Source: a virus (taxonomy: Duplodnaviria > Caudoviricetes). From it: 60,088 nt of DNA. The notes under the pieces were generated by a model that did not search any database, had not been told where the DNA came from, and saw only the letters and a program-made list of their open reading frames with translations. The stretch lies in IMG/VR virus record IMGVR_UViG_3300021963_006531, positions 1-60,088 of that record. One strand, written 5' to 3'. How positions within the stretch are numbered: the first letter of the stretch is position 1; each line of letters starts with the position of its first letter. Shown piece after piece: positions 48,045-57,123 of the stretch. Made by a program: the position numbers and the translations under genes.

Positions 48045-48681
48045 ACCAGAAGTTTATTTAGATATGGATGGTGTTATAGCAGACTTTTTTACAGAGTATG
48101 CTAAACTTGCTGGCATTGAAAATGGCAACTATAGAGATATACCTCCAGCAAAAACTGATCCAACATTGAACAAAATGATTGGAACAGACTTCTTTGCTAG
48201 ACTACCAAAATGTCCTAATGCAGACGCTCTAGTAGATATGATAGTGAAAACTTTTGGATACTATCATATCTGTTCAAGTCCTCTAAGAGGAGACTTTGAA
48301 AACAGTGAAAAACAAAAGAAGATTTGGTTAAAGAAGAATTTAAAGCATCAACCAACTGATGTTATCATTACACCTAATAAGGCCAAATATGCTGTTCAAT
48401 CAGACGGAACTCCTAATATACTAATAGATGACAGGGGTAGTAATATTAGTGCTTGGGAGGCAAAAGGCGGTATTGGTATCAAATATCAAGCAGATGAAGA
48501 TAGTTTACAAGTTGTCATTGACGGAATAAAAAGAGCCTTTCAAGTAATTAAAGGTGAACAGAAACACGAACCTCAAAAGCTACAAAGTTTAGATCGAAGT
48601 AGCGGCAACTTAATTGCGAAAAGTGGCGATGATGAAGAACACGGTTCTACTTCTAAGATACCAGGTAAGGAACAACAATGA
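48037..48681 (+). CDS. HAD-family 5'(3')-deoxyribonucleotidase-like phosphatase
   Basis: YLDMDGVIADF, ICSSP, K-x-x-W, NILIDD...NI-x-x-W-x-x-x-GG-x-GI. Confidence 0.85.
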   Translation: MRKPEVYLDMDGVIADFFTEYAKLAGIENGNYRDIPPAKTDPTLNKMIGTDFFARLPKCPNADALVDMIVKTFGYYHICSSPLRGDFENSEKQKKIWLKKNLKHQPTDVIITPNKAKYAVQSDGTPNILIDDRGSNISAWEAKGGIGIKYQADEDSLQVVIDGIKRAFQVIKGEQKHEPQKLQSLDRSSGNLIAKSGDDEEHGSTSKIPGKEQQ

Positions 48682-49490
48682 AAATTTCAGAATTATTAAC
48701 AGAAGCTGATATGCCTGAATCTCTAAAGGATATACCTGTGGTAAGTTTTGGTGATTATAAACTAACTGCTGGAGATGTTGCAGATGTATTACCGGGTGTT
48801 GGACCAGAAGATGTAATTGAGCAAGGAAAATATTTAAAAGATTTTCTTTCAACAAAAATTAAAGGCGATTATACAAGAGCAGATGCATTAATTGACATAG
48901 CAACGTTTTATCCAGCTTTTAGAATCAGCAAGTGGGCACTAGCGGCACGTGGTGGTGCAGGAGCCGCAGGTAAAGAAGTTGCCAAAGGAGCCTTAAGAAG
49001 AGAAGTTGGTCAACAGGTACAACAAAAAGCAGACATACTTCCCTCAATGAAAGACTCTAAAAAATCAGGATCAGGCGGAGTTTCGCCAATAGCTACTAAA
49101 ATAACATCTCCATCTAGAAAAAGAAAATATAAAGTAGGAGATCAAGTTCCAGTTGAAGTCAAAGGCAAACAAGAAGTGGGAGTCGTGTCTAATGTATTGC
49201 CTAATGGTTATGAAGTTGATATTAGTCATGTAAAAGATTCTCCGTCAAAATCAGTTAATATCCCTGAACCCATGTTTGAAGAAGCCAGCGCAGGCGCTAC
49301 TTCCGCAGGTAATATTGCCAGTACAGGGAATAGTCCTCATATAGCCGCAGGAACTCCAGCTGTTTTAAAACGATGGAGTGGGGAACCCGGAAAAATAGGA
49401 AAAAGCATTAAGCCTCCCAAAACAGAACCTCAAGATTCTGACGATAATCCTGTGACAAATCCCAAAGTTGGCAACAACTTAATTTCATAA
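48678..49490 (+). CDS. Hypothetical protein with capsid-targeting-like N-terminus
   Basis: MKISELLTEA; internal MFEEASAGATSAGNIA. Confidence 0.7.
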   Translation: MKISELLTEADMPESLKDIPVVSFGDYKLTAGDVADVLPGVGPEDVIEQGKYLKDFLSTKIKGDYTRADALIDIATFYPAFRISKWALAARGGAGAAGKEVAKGALRREVGQQVQQKADILPSMKDSKKSGSGGVSPIATKITSPSRKRKYKVGDQVPVEVKGKQEVGVVSNVLPNGYEVDISHVKDSPSKSVNIPEPMFEEASAGATSAGNIASTGNSPHIAAGTPAVLKRWSGEPGKIGKSIKPPKTEPQDSDDNPVTNPKVGNNLIS

Positions 49491-49513
49491 TAAATATAGT
49501 ATCGGAGAAATAT

Positions 49514-50926
49514 ATGCCTTTTAAGAGTAAAAAACAAAAAAGAACCATTGATGCGGCAGCACATAACCCTGCTTTTGCAAAGAAAGTAGGAATCAAGACC
49601 AGTGATGCTAAAAAAATGTCTGCACATGGCAAGGGTCAAACTAAGTTTGAAGAAGCTAAGGATACTGTAGAAAAAGATGAAAAAGGCAACGTCAAATCAT
49701 GGAAGCATGAGGGCGATTGGAAAAAATCAAACGACAAAGAAGGGCGTGGCAAAGTGACTAATTTAAGTGATAAAGCTCGTCGCAAGACAGAGAAATTAAG
49801 TAAAGCAGAAAAGGAAATGGCTGAAGCATTTGAAAATGCTATTTCAGAAGTTACTATTACTTCAGGCCCAAATAAGGGTAAGCAGTGGAGCCCAAAAAAT
49901 CCAGGACCAACAAATAAAAATTATAAAGAAATTGATGGCAATATACCAAGTCCACCAGATGGAGCAACTGCACCTCCTCCAGGATATAAGCCACCGCAGC
50001 CAAAGTCAAATAAAAGTTCGGCAGTAAATTCAGATGATGCAGAAATGACTGCTGAAGCAAAACAAACTTACGGTGGTAAAGGAAAACAAATGACTAAATC
50101 ACAACATGATGCTGATGTAAAGAAAAAGAAAGAAAAAGAAAAAATGAAAAAAATGGCTGAGGCATTTATTCAAATTGGCCGTTTAGAACAAATGATCTTT
50201 GAAGCTAAAAAGACTAAAAATAAAGAAGAGACTCCAAAAGAAGGCAATGCTTTCGGTGATGCTGTTCGTAAAGCTAAAGAAGACGGTATACAAAAAGGTG
50301 AAAAAGTCAAAGTAGGTGGCAAAGAATATCCAGTCAAAGAATCAAGCAAAGATAAAGAATGCAACCATACACCAAAAGGTAAAAAATGTCCAGTGCATGG
50401 ATTAAAAGAGTGCGGAATGTATGAAGGCAACGATGGTAATCTAGCTAACAATGCTAAACCATACGACAAAGTAACACGTGGTGATGTTATTGCTGGACGC
50501 TTGGGTAAAGACGAAATGGGTGGTAAGAAGAAAAACAAAAAAACTACTGAAACTTTTATGCCAGTAAAACCAAAACAACCTACACCATCTCCAATTGACC
50601 CAATCAAAAAAGGTTTTAAAAAAGTAGCTGATAAAATTCTAGATAAAGATCCAAAACCAAAAAGTGACATTGGGGATAAAAATATACCTGAACCAACTAC
50701 AAAACCTTTAGAAAAATCTTACGACGAATTTAATGAAGGATATACAATTAACGGAAAGAAAGTTTCTAAAGCTGCCTATGAAAAAGAAATGTCAAAAGCA
50801 GGAAAAGGAAAGAAAAAAGTAAAAGAAGGGTGGACTCATGATAGTTTAGCCGCACAACTTTTTGAAAACGGTGACGAATACGTTGTATCACTCCACAACA
50901 GATTGGCGAAACAGTTAAAAGGTTAA
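49514..50926 (+). CDS. Lys/Glu-rich modular protein, probable head-internal/core protein
   Basis: TAAATA (49491-49496) and GGAG upstream; many hydrophobic-x-E sites. Confidence 0.65.
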   Translation: MPFKSKKQKRTIDAAAHNPAFAKKVGIKTSDAKKMSAHGKGQTKFEEAKDTVEKDEKGNVKSWKHEGDWKKSNDKEGRGKVTNLSDKARRKTEKLSKAEKEMAEAFENAISEVTITSGPNKGKQWSPKNPGPTNKNYKEIDGNIPSPPDGATAPPPGYKPPQPKSNKSSAVNSDDAEMTAEAKQTYGGKGKQMTKSQHDADVKKKKEKEKMKKMAEAFIQIGRLEQMIFEAKKTKNKEETPKEGNAFGDAVRKAKEDGIQKGEKVKVGGKEYPVKESSKDKECNHTPKGKKCPVHGLKECGMYEGNDGNLANNAKPYDKVTRGDVIAGRLGKDEMGGKKKNKKTTETFMPVKPKQPTPSPIDPIKKGFKKVADKILDKDPKPKSDIGDKNIPEPTTKPLEKSYDEFNEGYTINGKKVSKAAYEKEMSKAGKGKKKVKEGWTHDSLAAQLFENGDEYVVSLHNRLAKQLKG

Positions 50927-50934
50927 ACCAATGT

Positions 50935-50960
50935 AACAGGGCACTAGTTGCCCTGTTCTT
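50935..50960 (+). terminator. Stem-loop terminator closing the late cluster
   Basis: AACAGGGCA-CTAGT-TGCCCTGTT followed by CTT. Confidence 0.75.
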
Positions 50961-50972
50961 ACGACTTGAGTA

Positions 50973-51001
50973 TTGACATTGCATAACTACTCTGCTACAA
51001 T
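50973..51001 (+). promoter_or_regulatory. Sigma70-type promoter with extended -10
   Basis: TTGACA (50973-50978), 17 nt ending in TGC, TACAAT (50996-51001). Confidence 0.8.
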
Positions 51002-51027
51002 AACAAATATAACTATTAGGAGTAATT

Positions 51028-51360
51028 ATGTCACGAGTATTTGGCGCACCTGAACAAGCTAAACTGAAACAACTGGTAAAAGATGGTTGGCAGGTTATGG
51101 ACGAAATTAAAAGTCTACAAGAAGGTCTCAATGAAACAATCAAAGCAGTAGCAGAAGAATTGGATGTCAAGCCTAGTGTTATTAAAAAAGCAATCCGTAC
51201 AGCAATGAAAGATGACTGGGAACAAACTGCTAAAGACTTTAGTGATTTGGAAGATATTGTTCATACCACAGGTCATGCTGGTCCATGGAATCAACCTGCA
51301 ACAAAAACAGTAGTAACAACACAAGGCACAAATGATTCAGACGATTCAGCACCATTTTAA
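51028..51360 (+). CDS. Putative double-stranded DNA-binding protein (T4 DsbA-like)
   Basis: Short helical protein, IK-x-VAEEL-x-x-KP-x-x-I-x-KAI pattern; upstream of the DNA polymerase; AGGAG RBS. Confidence 0.55.
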   Translation: MSRVFGAPEQAKLKQLVKDGWQVMDEIKSLQEGLNETIKAVAEELDVKPSVIKKAIRTAMKDDWEQTAKDFSDLEDIVHTTGHAGPWNQPATKTVVTTQGTNDSDDSAPF

Positions 51361-51634
51361 TTTAACACAAAAATGGATTAAAGCTGATTGGAATGACAAT
51401 CCTTGGCGTCTAATGGCGGAAACTTACAATGCCTTTACCGCATTAGCCACTGCTGTTATTTTTGCTTTAATGGCGCCAAATGTTCCTTATGGTATAACAT
51501 ATCCACTTTGGCTTAGTGGAACATTTTTAATGATATTTTGTGGACTTAGCCGTGGTAGTTTTGGTATGGTAGTAATGAGTGTTGTAATGACCATTATAGA
51601 CACTTATGGGTACATACGTTTTCTGTTACAATAA
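51332..51634 (+). CDS. Small membrane protein
   Basis: Three hydrophobic segments. Confidence 0.65.
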   Translation: MIQTIQHHFNLTQKWIKADWNDNPWRLMAETYNAFTALATAVIFALMAPNVPYGITYPLWLSGTFLMIFCGLSRGSFGMVVMSVVMTIIDTYGYIRFLLQ

Positions 51635-51653
51635 ATAACTATGAGAAAGGTTG

Positions 51654-51703
51654 ATCCAGCCATAATTGGATATTTAGGTTTGCAAGCCGTAAGTTGCAAG
51701 GAG
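51654..51703 (+). promoter_or_regulatory. Twin 8-nt-loop hairpins before the DNA polymerase RBS (candidate translational operator)
   Basis: ATCCA-GCCATAAT-TGGAT (51654-51671) and TTGCAA-GCCGTAAG-TTGCAA (51680-51699), the second overlapping AAGGAG. Confidence 0.6.
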
Positions 51704-51708
51704 AAAAA

Positions 51709-54384
51709 ATGAGTTACATTGACGCGATGTGGGATCGCGACAAAGACGTCGTTCACGTTGTTGAACGTGATGAAAAAGGCATAAGACGCTTTGTTGATTA
51801 TCCCGTAAAATACACCTTCTATTACCCAGACAACAAGGGTAAATTTCATAGCATATTTGGAGAATCGTTATCCAAAGTCACTGCTAGAAGTTTTAAAGAA
51901 TTCACCAAAGAACAAAAAATACACAGCAATCATACTTTGTATGAAAGCGACATTAATCCAGTGTTTCGTATTTTAGAAGAACATTACTTAGGCAAAGAAC
52001 CACCAAAGCTACAGGTAGCGTTTTTTGACATTGAAGTAGACTTTGATCCAGAACGTGGATACGCAAGTCCTGACGATGCGTTTATGCCTATTACTTCCAT
52101 TGCAGTTCATTTACAATGGTTAAACACGTTAGTATGTCTTGCTATACCGCCTAAAACATTAACAATGGAGCAGGCGAAAGAAGAAGTAAAGGATTTTCCA
52201 AATACAATTTTGTTTGAAACAGAAGCAGAATTATTAGATACATTTTTAACACTAATTGAAGATGCCGACGTATTAACTGGATGGAACAGCGAAGGCTATG
52301 ATATCCCTTACACAGTTAATCGTGTTGTAAAAGTTCTAAGTAAAGAAGATACAAAACGTTTTTGTTTATTTGATCAATATCCACGCAAACGTGAATATGA
52401 AAAATTTGGTCGTACAGCTATTACATACGACTTAATTGGTCGTGTACACTTAGACAGTTTGGAAGTTTATCGAAAATACAAATATGAAGAAATGCACAGT
52501 TACCGGTTGGATGTAATTGGTGAACTTGAAGTTGGTGAGAAGAAAACACAATACGAAGGTACCCTAGATCAACTGTATAATCAAGACTTTAAAACATTCA
52601 TTGAGTATAATAGACAAGACACCGCTCTACTAGACAAGATGGATCGAAAGTTAAAATTTCTAGATCTTGCCAACGTATTGGCACATGGAAATACTGTACT
52701 TCTACAAACAACAATGGGTGCTGTAGCAATGACTGAACAGGCCATTATTAACGAAGCACATCAGCATGGATTAGTTGTTCCTAGTAGGACACGCAAATCT
52801 GAACAAGGTGATACTGCGGCTGCAGGAGCGTATGTTGCATTTCCTAAAAAAGGGCTACATGATTGGATTGGTGCAATTGACATCAACTCATTGTATCCGT
52901 CTGCAATTCGTGCATTGAACATGGGTCCAGAAACCATTATTGGTCAATTACGTCAAACTAAAACAATGGAATTTATTGAAAGTCAAATGACTTTACATAA
53001 AAAATCCTTTGCAGGAAGTTGGGAAGACAAGTTTGGCACTGTTGAATATGAAGCAGTCATTAATCAAGACAAAGCTGAAGAAATTACTATTGACTGGGAA
53101 AACGGCGAAGTAAGTGTACACAGTGGAGCTGAAATTTATGAAATGATTTTTAATAGTCATAAGCCATGGATACTAAGTGCTAACGGTACGATCTTTACTT
53201 ACGAAAAAGAAGGTATTATTCCAGGCTTGTTAAAGCGTTGGTATAGTGAACGTAAGGAGATGCAGAAGAAAAGCAAGGACGCAGAAAAAGCTGGTAACAA
53301 TGTTGAAGCTGAGTACTGGGACAAGCGACAAATGGTGCGTAAAATTAATTTGAATTCACTATACGGTGCATTACTTAACCCAGGTTGCAGATTCTTTGAC
53401 AAGCGCATTGGACAGTCAACTACATTAGTTGGTCGCCAAGTCGCTAGACATATGGCTAGTAAGATTAATGAAATTATATGCGGAACTTACGATTATAAAG
53501 GTAAGAGTATTATTTACGGTGATACAGACTCTTGCTACTTTAGTGCTTGGACTACGTTAAAAACAGAAGTAGAAAAAGGTAATTTGCCTTGGGATAAAGA
53601 CACTGTAGTTTCCCTATATGATCAAATTGCTGAAGAAGTTAACTCAACTTTTCCACAATTTATGCTTGACTATTTTCATGTGCCAAAATCACGTGGGGAA
53701 GTAATTAAAGGTGGTCGAGAATTAGTTGCTGTCAAAGGACTTTTTATTACTAAAAAACGTTACGCAGTTCTTATCTATGACAAAGAAGGTAAACGCATTG
53801 ATGACAACGGCAAACCTGGCAAAATTAAAGCCATGGGTTTGGATTTGAAGCGCAGTGACACTCCTGATTATATGCAAGACTTTTTAGAAGAAATTCTATT
53901 AGATGTATTACAAGGCAAAGAAGAACAGGAAATTCTTGACAAGATTATTGAATTTAGAAGAGAGTGGAAAACTAGAGCAGGATGGGAAAAAGGTAGTCCA
54001 CGTCGCGCCAACAACATAACTGAATACGCTGAACAAGAACGTAAGCAAGGAAAAGCTAATATGCCTGGTCACGTTCGAGCCGCAATTAATTACAATAGAT
54101 TGCGGGAGATGAACGGGGACAAGTATTCAATGCAGATTGTTGATGGTATGAAAGTATACGTTTGTAAACTGAAAAACAATCCGTTAGGTTATACCAGTGT
54201 TGCTTATCCAGTTGATGAACTAAAAATTCCTAAGTGGTTTCAAGAACTTCCCTTTGATGATTCTGCTATGGAACAAACTATTATTGATAATAAGATTGAC
54301 AACCTTATTGGTATTCTCGAATGGGATATTGGTAGTACCACTGACAGCGGTAGCACATTCAATAAATTATTTGATTTTGAGTGA
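51709..54384 (+). CDS. Family B DNA polymerase with proofreading exonuclease
   Basis: ExoI FFDIEVD, ExoII GWNSEGYDIPY, ExoIII YNRQD, motif A DINSLYPS, motif B KINLNSLYG, motif C YGDTDS, KKRY. ATG 51709 behind AAGGAG. Confidence 0.96.
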   Translation: MSYIDAMWDRDKDVVHVVERDEKGIRRFVDYPVKYTFYYPDNKGKFHSIFGESLSKVTARSFKEFTKEQKIHSNHTLYESDINPVFRILEEHYLGKEPPKLQVAFFDIEVDFDPERGYASPDDAFMPITSIAVHLQWLNTLVCLAIPPKTLTMEQAKEEVKDFPNTILFETEAELLDTFLTLIEDADVLTGWNSEGYDIPYTVNRVVKVLSKEDTKRFCLFDQYPRKREYEKFGRTAITYDLIGRVHLDSLEVYRKYKYEEMHSYRLDVIGELEVGEKKTQYEGTLDQLYNQDFKTFIEYNRQDTALLDKMDRKLKFLDLANVLAHGNTVLLQTTMGAVAMTEQAIINEAHQHGLVVPSRTRKSEQGDTAAAGAYVAFPKKGLHDWIGAIDINSLYPSAIRALNMGPETIIGQLRQTKTMEFIESQMTLHKKSFAGSWEDKFGTVEYEAVINQDKAEEITIDWENGEVSVHSGAEIYEMIFNSHKPWILSANGTIFTYEKEGIIPGLLKRWYSERKEMQKKSKDAEKAGNNVEAEYWDKRQMVRKINLNSLYGALLNPGCRFFDKRIGQSTTLVGRQVARHMASKINEIICGTYDYKGKSIIYGDTDSCYFSAWTTLKTEVEKGNLPWDKDTVVSLYDQIAEEVNSTFPQFMLDYFHVPKSRGEVIKGGRELVAVKGLFITKKRYAVLIYDKEGKRIDDNGKPGKIKAMGLDLKRSDTPDYMQDFLEEILLDVLQGKEEQEILDKIIEFRREWKTRAGWEKGSPRRANNITEYAEQERKQGKANMPGHVRAAINYNRLREMNGDKYSMQIVDGMKVYVCKLKNNPLGYTSVAYPVDELKIPKWFQELPFDDSAMEQTIIDNKIDNLIGILEWDIGSTTDSGSTFNKLFDFE

Positions 54385-54391
54385 TCTAAAG

Positions 54392-54420
54392 TTGACTTTG
54401 ATCCTAAATAATATTAAACT
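54392..54420 (+). promoter_or_regulatory. Composite sigma70 plus TAAATA promoter, copy 1
   Basis: TTGACT, 17-nt spacer TTGATCCTAAATAATAT containing TAAATA, then TAAACT. Confidence 0.65.
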
Positions 54421-54438
54421 TAACTACAGGAGATTATA

Positions 54439-55176
54439 ATGAAAGATATTTTACAAGACATCGTAGGTCATACACATAACCTAGGATTTTTAAACATCGT
54501 CAAAATTACAGGTGACGATGAGGCAACAAAAATTGATAGCATGGCTGACGACCGTACTGTTATTATGCTCGGCGAAACAAATGCGCCAGTTCCACAAATG
54601 TCTGGCGTATTTGGAATGCCTCAACTTAATAAACTAAAATTTTTGTTAGATGGTAATGAATACAAAGAAAATGCCAAAATTGAATTACAATATGCGGAAA
54701 GAAATGGAAACACCATTCCCGTTGGAATTCACTTTGAAAACAAAGAAGGCGACTTTAAAAACGACTATCGTTTTATGAATACAGAAATCATTAACGAAAA
54801 ATTAAAGTCAGTTAAATTCAAAGTACCTAAATGGGACGTAGAGCTTGAGCCAAGTGTTGCCGCAGTACAACGTTTTAATTTCCAAGCAGGAGCAAATACA
54901 GAGCATACCACTTTCCTTGCTAAGACAGATGGCGATAAACTAAAGTTTATTTTTGGTGATGCTAGTACACATGGTGGTGAATTTGTTTTTGCTACAGGTG
55001 TTAGTGGTAGCCTAAATAAAGGTTGGACTTGGCCCGTTGGTCCAATATTATCGATCTTGAAAATTGCAGACGTAAACAACACTAAAATGAGTTTCAGTAA
55101 TGAAGTTGGTGCTGTTATGATCACATTAGACAGTGGAATTGCAACTTACAAGTATATTGTTCCAGCACAGGCCTAA
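54439..55176 (+). CDS. Probable DNA polymerase sliding clamp (gp45/PCNA-like)
   Basis: 245 aa, beta-rich two-domain pattern, directly after the polymerase; clamp loader present elsewhere in the window. No diagnostic motif. Confidence 0.55.
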   Translation: MKDILQDIVGHTHNLGFLNIVKITGDDEATKIDSMADDRTVIMLGETNAPVPQMSGVFGMPQLNKLKFLLDGNEYKENAKIELQYAERNGNTIPVGIHFENKEGDFKNDYRFMNTEIINEKLKSVKFKVPKWDVELEPSVAAVQRFNFQAGANTEHTTFLAKTDGDKLKFIFGDASTHGGEFVFATGVSGSLNKGWTWPVGPILSILKIADVNNTKMSFSNEVGAVMITLDSGIATYKYIVPAQA

Positions 55177-55178
55177 TT

Positions 55179-55568
55179 ATGATTAAAGGTATAACGCAAC
55201 AAGGAAGATATGTGATGGTTACTGGCGGATCTGCTAATAACCCTTATATCAGTCCAGGTGCAAGTGGTGCTGGTATGGTTCGGTGGAACCCAAACATGAA
55301 TTGCCTAGAAGTCAATGATGGTAATATGTGGAAAGAAATTAGCGGCGGGTTTGCTTCAGTGGGGCTTAGTAGCGAAGCAGAAAGTTTGTTAGACTGGGCT
55401 AGAGAAGAACGCAATAAACAGTATTCAATACAAGCAATGGCAGTGGATCACCCTGCTGTTAAAAACGCATTAGAAGCAGTTAATCGTGCTAAAGAACAAT
55501 TAGATTTAGTTTATAAACTGTCTAAAGATTTTGAAAACGAAAGTGAAGGAGAAGTGACTGGCCCATGA
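55179..55568 (+). CDS. Hypothetical protein
   Basis: Fills the gap between the clamp and the dpdA-like gene; ATGA coupling. Confidence 0.7.
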   Translation: MIKGITQQGRYVMVTGGSANNPYISPGASGAGMVRWNPNMNCLEVNDGNMWKEISGGFASVGLSSEAESLLDWAREERNKQYSIQAMAVDHPAVKNALEAVNRAKEQLDLVYKLSKDFENESEGEVTGP

Positions 55569-57073
55569 ATAGAATAGACTATACAAAAACACAAAGAGAC
55601 TATGCTGTTTATTTGCCAGCTATCAGTTCTTTCTATAACAAGATTATTAGTAATCAACGTTACAACACAAAGAGCGCAGTAGATCCAAAACGTTTCCCTA
55701 AGGGATTTGAACACGGCACAGAAAGTATGAACTTTTTAGATGCTGAACGTGGTGCATTTACTTACAAATACGGTCTGTATTCAGCAGGTCACGCACAATT
55801 AGACTTGGATAAAACACTTGTACAAGATGCAATGATACAAGAACGTAATAGAGAAAACACAATTATTTTAGGCGACTCTGGCGGGTTCCAAATTGGTAAA
55901 GGTGTTTTAAAGTTTGATTGGAGTGACTTTAAAGGCAAAGGTGCTAATAAAACTCGTGATCAAATTTTAAATTGGCTAGAGTTAACTGCTGATTGGAGTA
56001 TGGTACTTGACGTCCCAACTTGGGCGAGTAATGAATTACATCGTGAAAAGACAGGACTAAAAAGTTTTCAAGATTGCTTAGATGCAACTATTTGGAATAA
56101 TAATTATTTTGCACAAAATCGTTTAGGCAACACAAAATTCTTAAACGTGCTACAAGGTAATAGTCCAGAAGAAGCAGACGTTTGGTACGATGCAGTTAAG
56201 CATTTACCATTTGAGGGCTGGGCTATGGGTTCACAAAATATGTGTAACATGCCAATTATCCTAAATAGACTTATCACAATGCGTGATGAAGGAATGTTAA
56301 AGGATAAGAATTGGATGCACTTTTTAGGTACTGCTCCACTAGACTGGGCTTGTTACTTAACAAGTATTCAACGTCAACTACGTAAACATTGTAATCCAAA
56401 TATTACAATTAGTTTTGACTGTGCTAGTCCATATATTGCTGTTGCTTATGGCCTTTCATATACCGATCCAAGTTTCCGCAGAGACAAATGGTCAATCATT
56501 ATGGAGAAAGCACCAGATAATAAAGTATGGTCAGGCAGTGACATACCTTTCCCATGGCGAAGTAGCATTGGCGATCGTTTAACAATGGGCGACGTTTGCT
56601 ATTACAAACCAGGCGACTTGAACAAAATTGGCAAGGAAGGCAAAACTAGTTGGGACAGTTTTAGTTACGGTCTTTACATGGCTCATAATACAGAGATTCA
56701 TATTCAATCAGTACAACGTGCTAACCAATTAATGGATATGGAACGTGCTCGTTATAAGCCAGATTGGAGAAATTGGAAAAAGATGAACTCAAAAGACGAG
56801 AAGAGTGATAGTCCAAGCGAATGGGTTCCACGTAACATCTTGTATTTTGACCGTTTTGTTGAAGAGCTATTTGAAAGCGATGATCCTCAAAGTATGCTCA
56901 AACACGCACACAAGTTCCTAACAGAATTGCAGGGTGGTTTACAACGTGGCAAAGTCCAAAACGATACATTTAACAATTTGTTTGAAATGGATGATCCAAT
57001 GCCAAGTGATAACGATCTAAGTGACATGAATAACGAAAAAATTGTAGAACTTGAGCACTCTTTGGACGAATGA
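55565..57073 (+). CDS. dpdA: TGT-fold guanine transglycosylase, phage DpdA-like (7-deazaguanine insertion into DNA)
   Basis: LGDSGGFQI, VLDVP, NVLQG, GWAMG, MHFLG, SFDCASP and AHN motifs; no CxCxxC zinc motif; queD and folE nearby. Confidence 0.78.
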   Translation: MNRIDYTKTQRDYAVYLPAISSFYNKIISNQRYNTKSAVDPKRFPKGFEHGTESMNFLDAERGAFTYKYGLYSAGHAQLDLDKTLVQDAMIQERNRENTIILGDSGGFQIGKGVLKFDWSDFKGKGANKTRDQILNWLELTADWSMVLDVPTWASNELHREKTGLKSFQDCLDATIWNNNYFAQNRLGNTKFLNVLQGNSPEEADVWYDAVKHLPFEGWAMGSQNMCNMPIILNRLITMRDEGMLKDKNWMHFLGTAPLDWACYLTSIQRQLRKHCNPNITISFDCASPYIAVAYGLSYTDPSFRRDKWSIIMEKAPDNKVWSGSDIPFPWRSSIGDRLTMGDVCYYKPGDLNKIGKEGKTSWDSFSYGLYMAHNTEIHIQSVQRANQLMDMERARYKPDWRNWKKMNSKDEKSDSPSEWVPRNILYFDRFVEELFESDDPQSMLKHAHKFLTELQGGLQRGKVQNDTFNNLFEMDDPMPSDNDLSDMNNEKIVELEHSLDE

Positions 57074-57088
57074 TTTATTCAAATCGTA

Positions 57089-57117
57089 TTGACTTTACCT
57101 TTTAATAACTGTATTAT
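57089..57117 (+). promoter_or_regulatory. Sigma70-type promoter, probably leaderless
   Basis: TTGACT (57089-57094), 17 nt, TATTAT (57112-57117), 6 nt, ATG 57124. Confidence 0.7.
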
Positions 57118-57123
57118 ATTGAT

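Noticed and set aside
55565-57073. Canonical bacterial tRNA-guanine transglycosylase (tgt)
   Set aside because: It lacks the CxCxxC zinc motif, is longer and divergent, and lies beside the phage replication genes, so DpdA-like is more likely. tRNA activity is not formally excluded.
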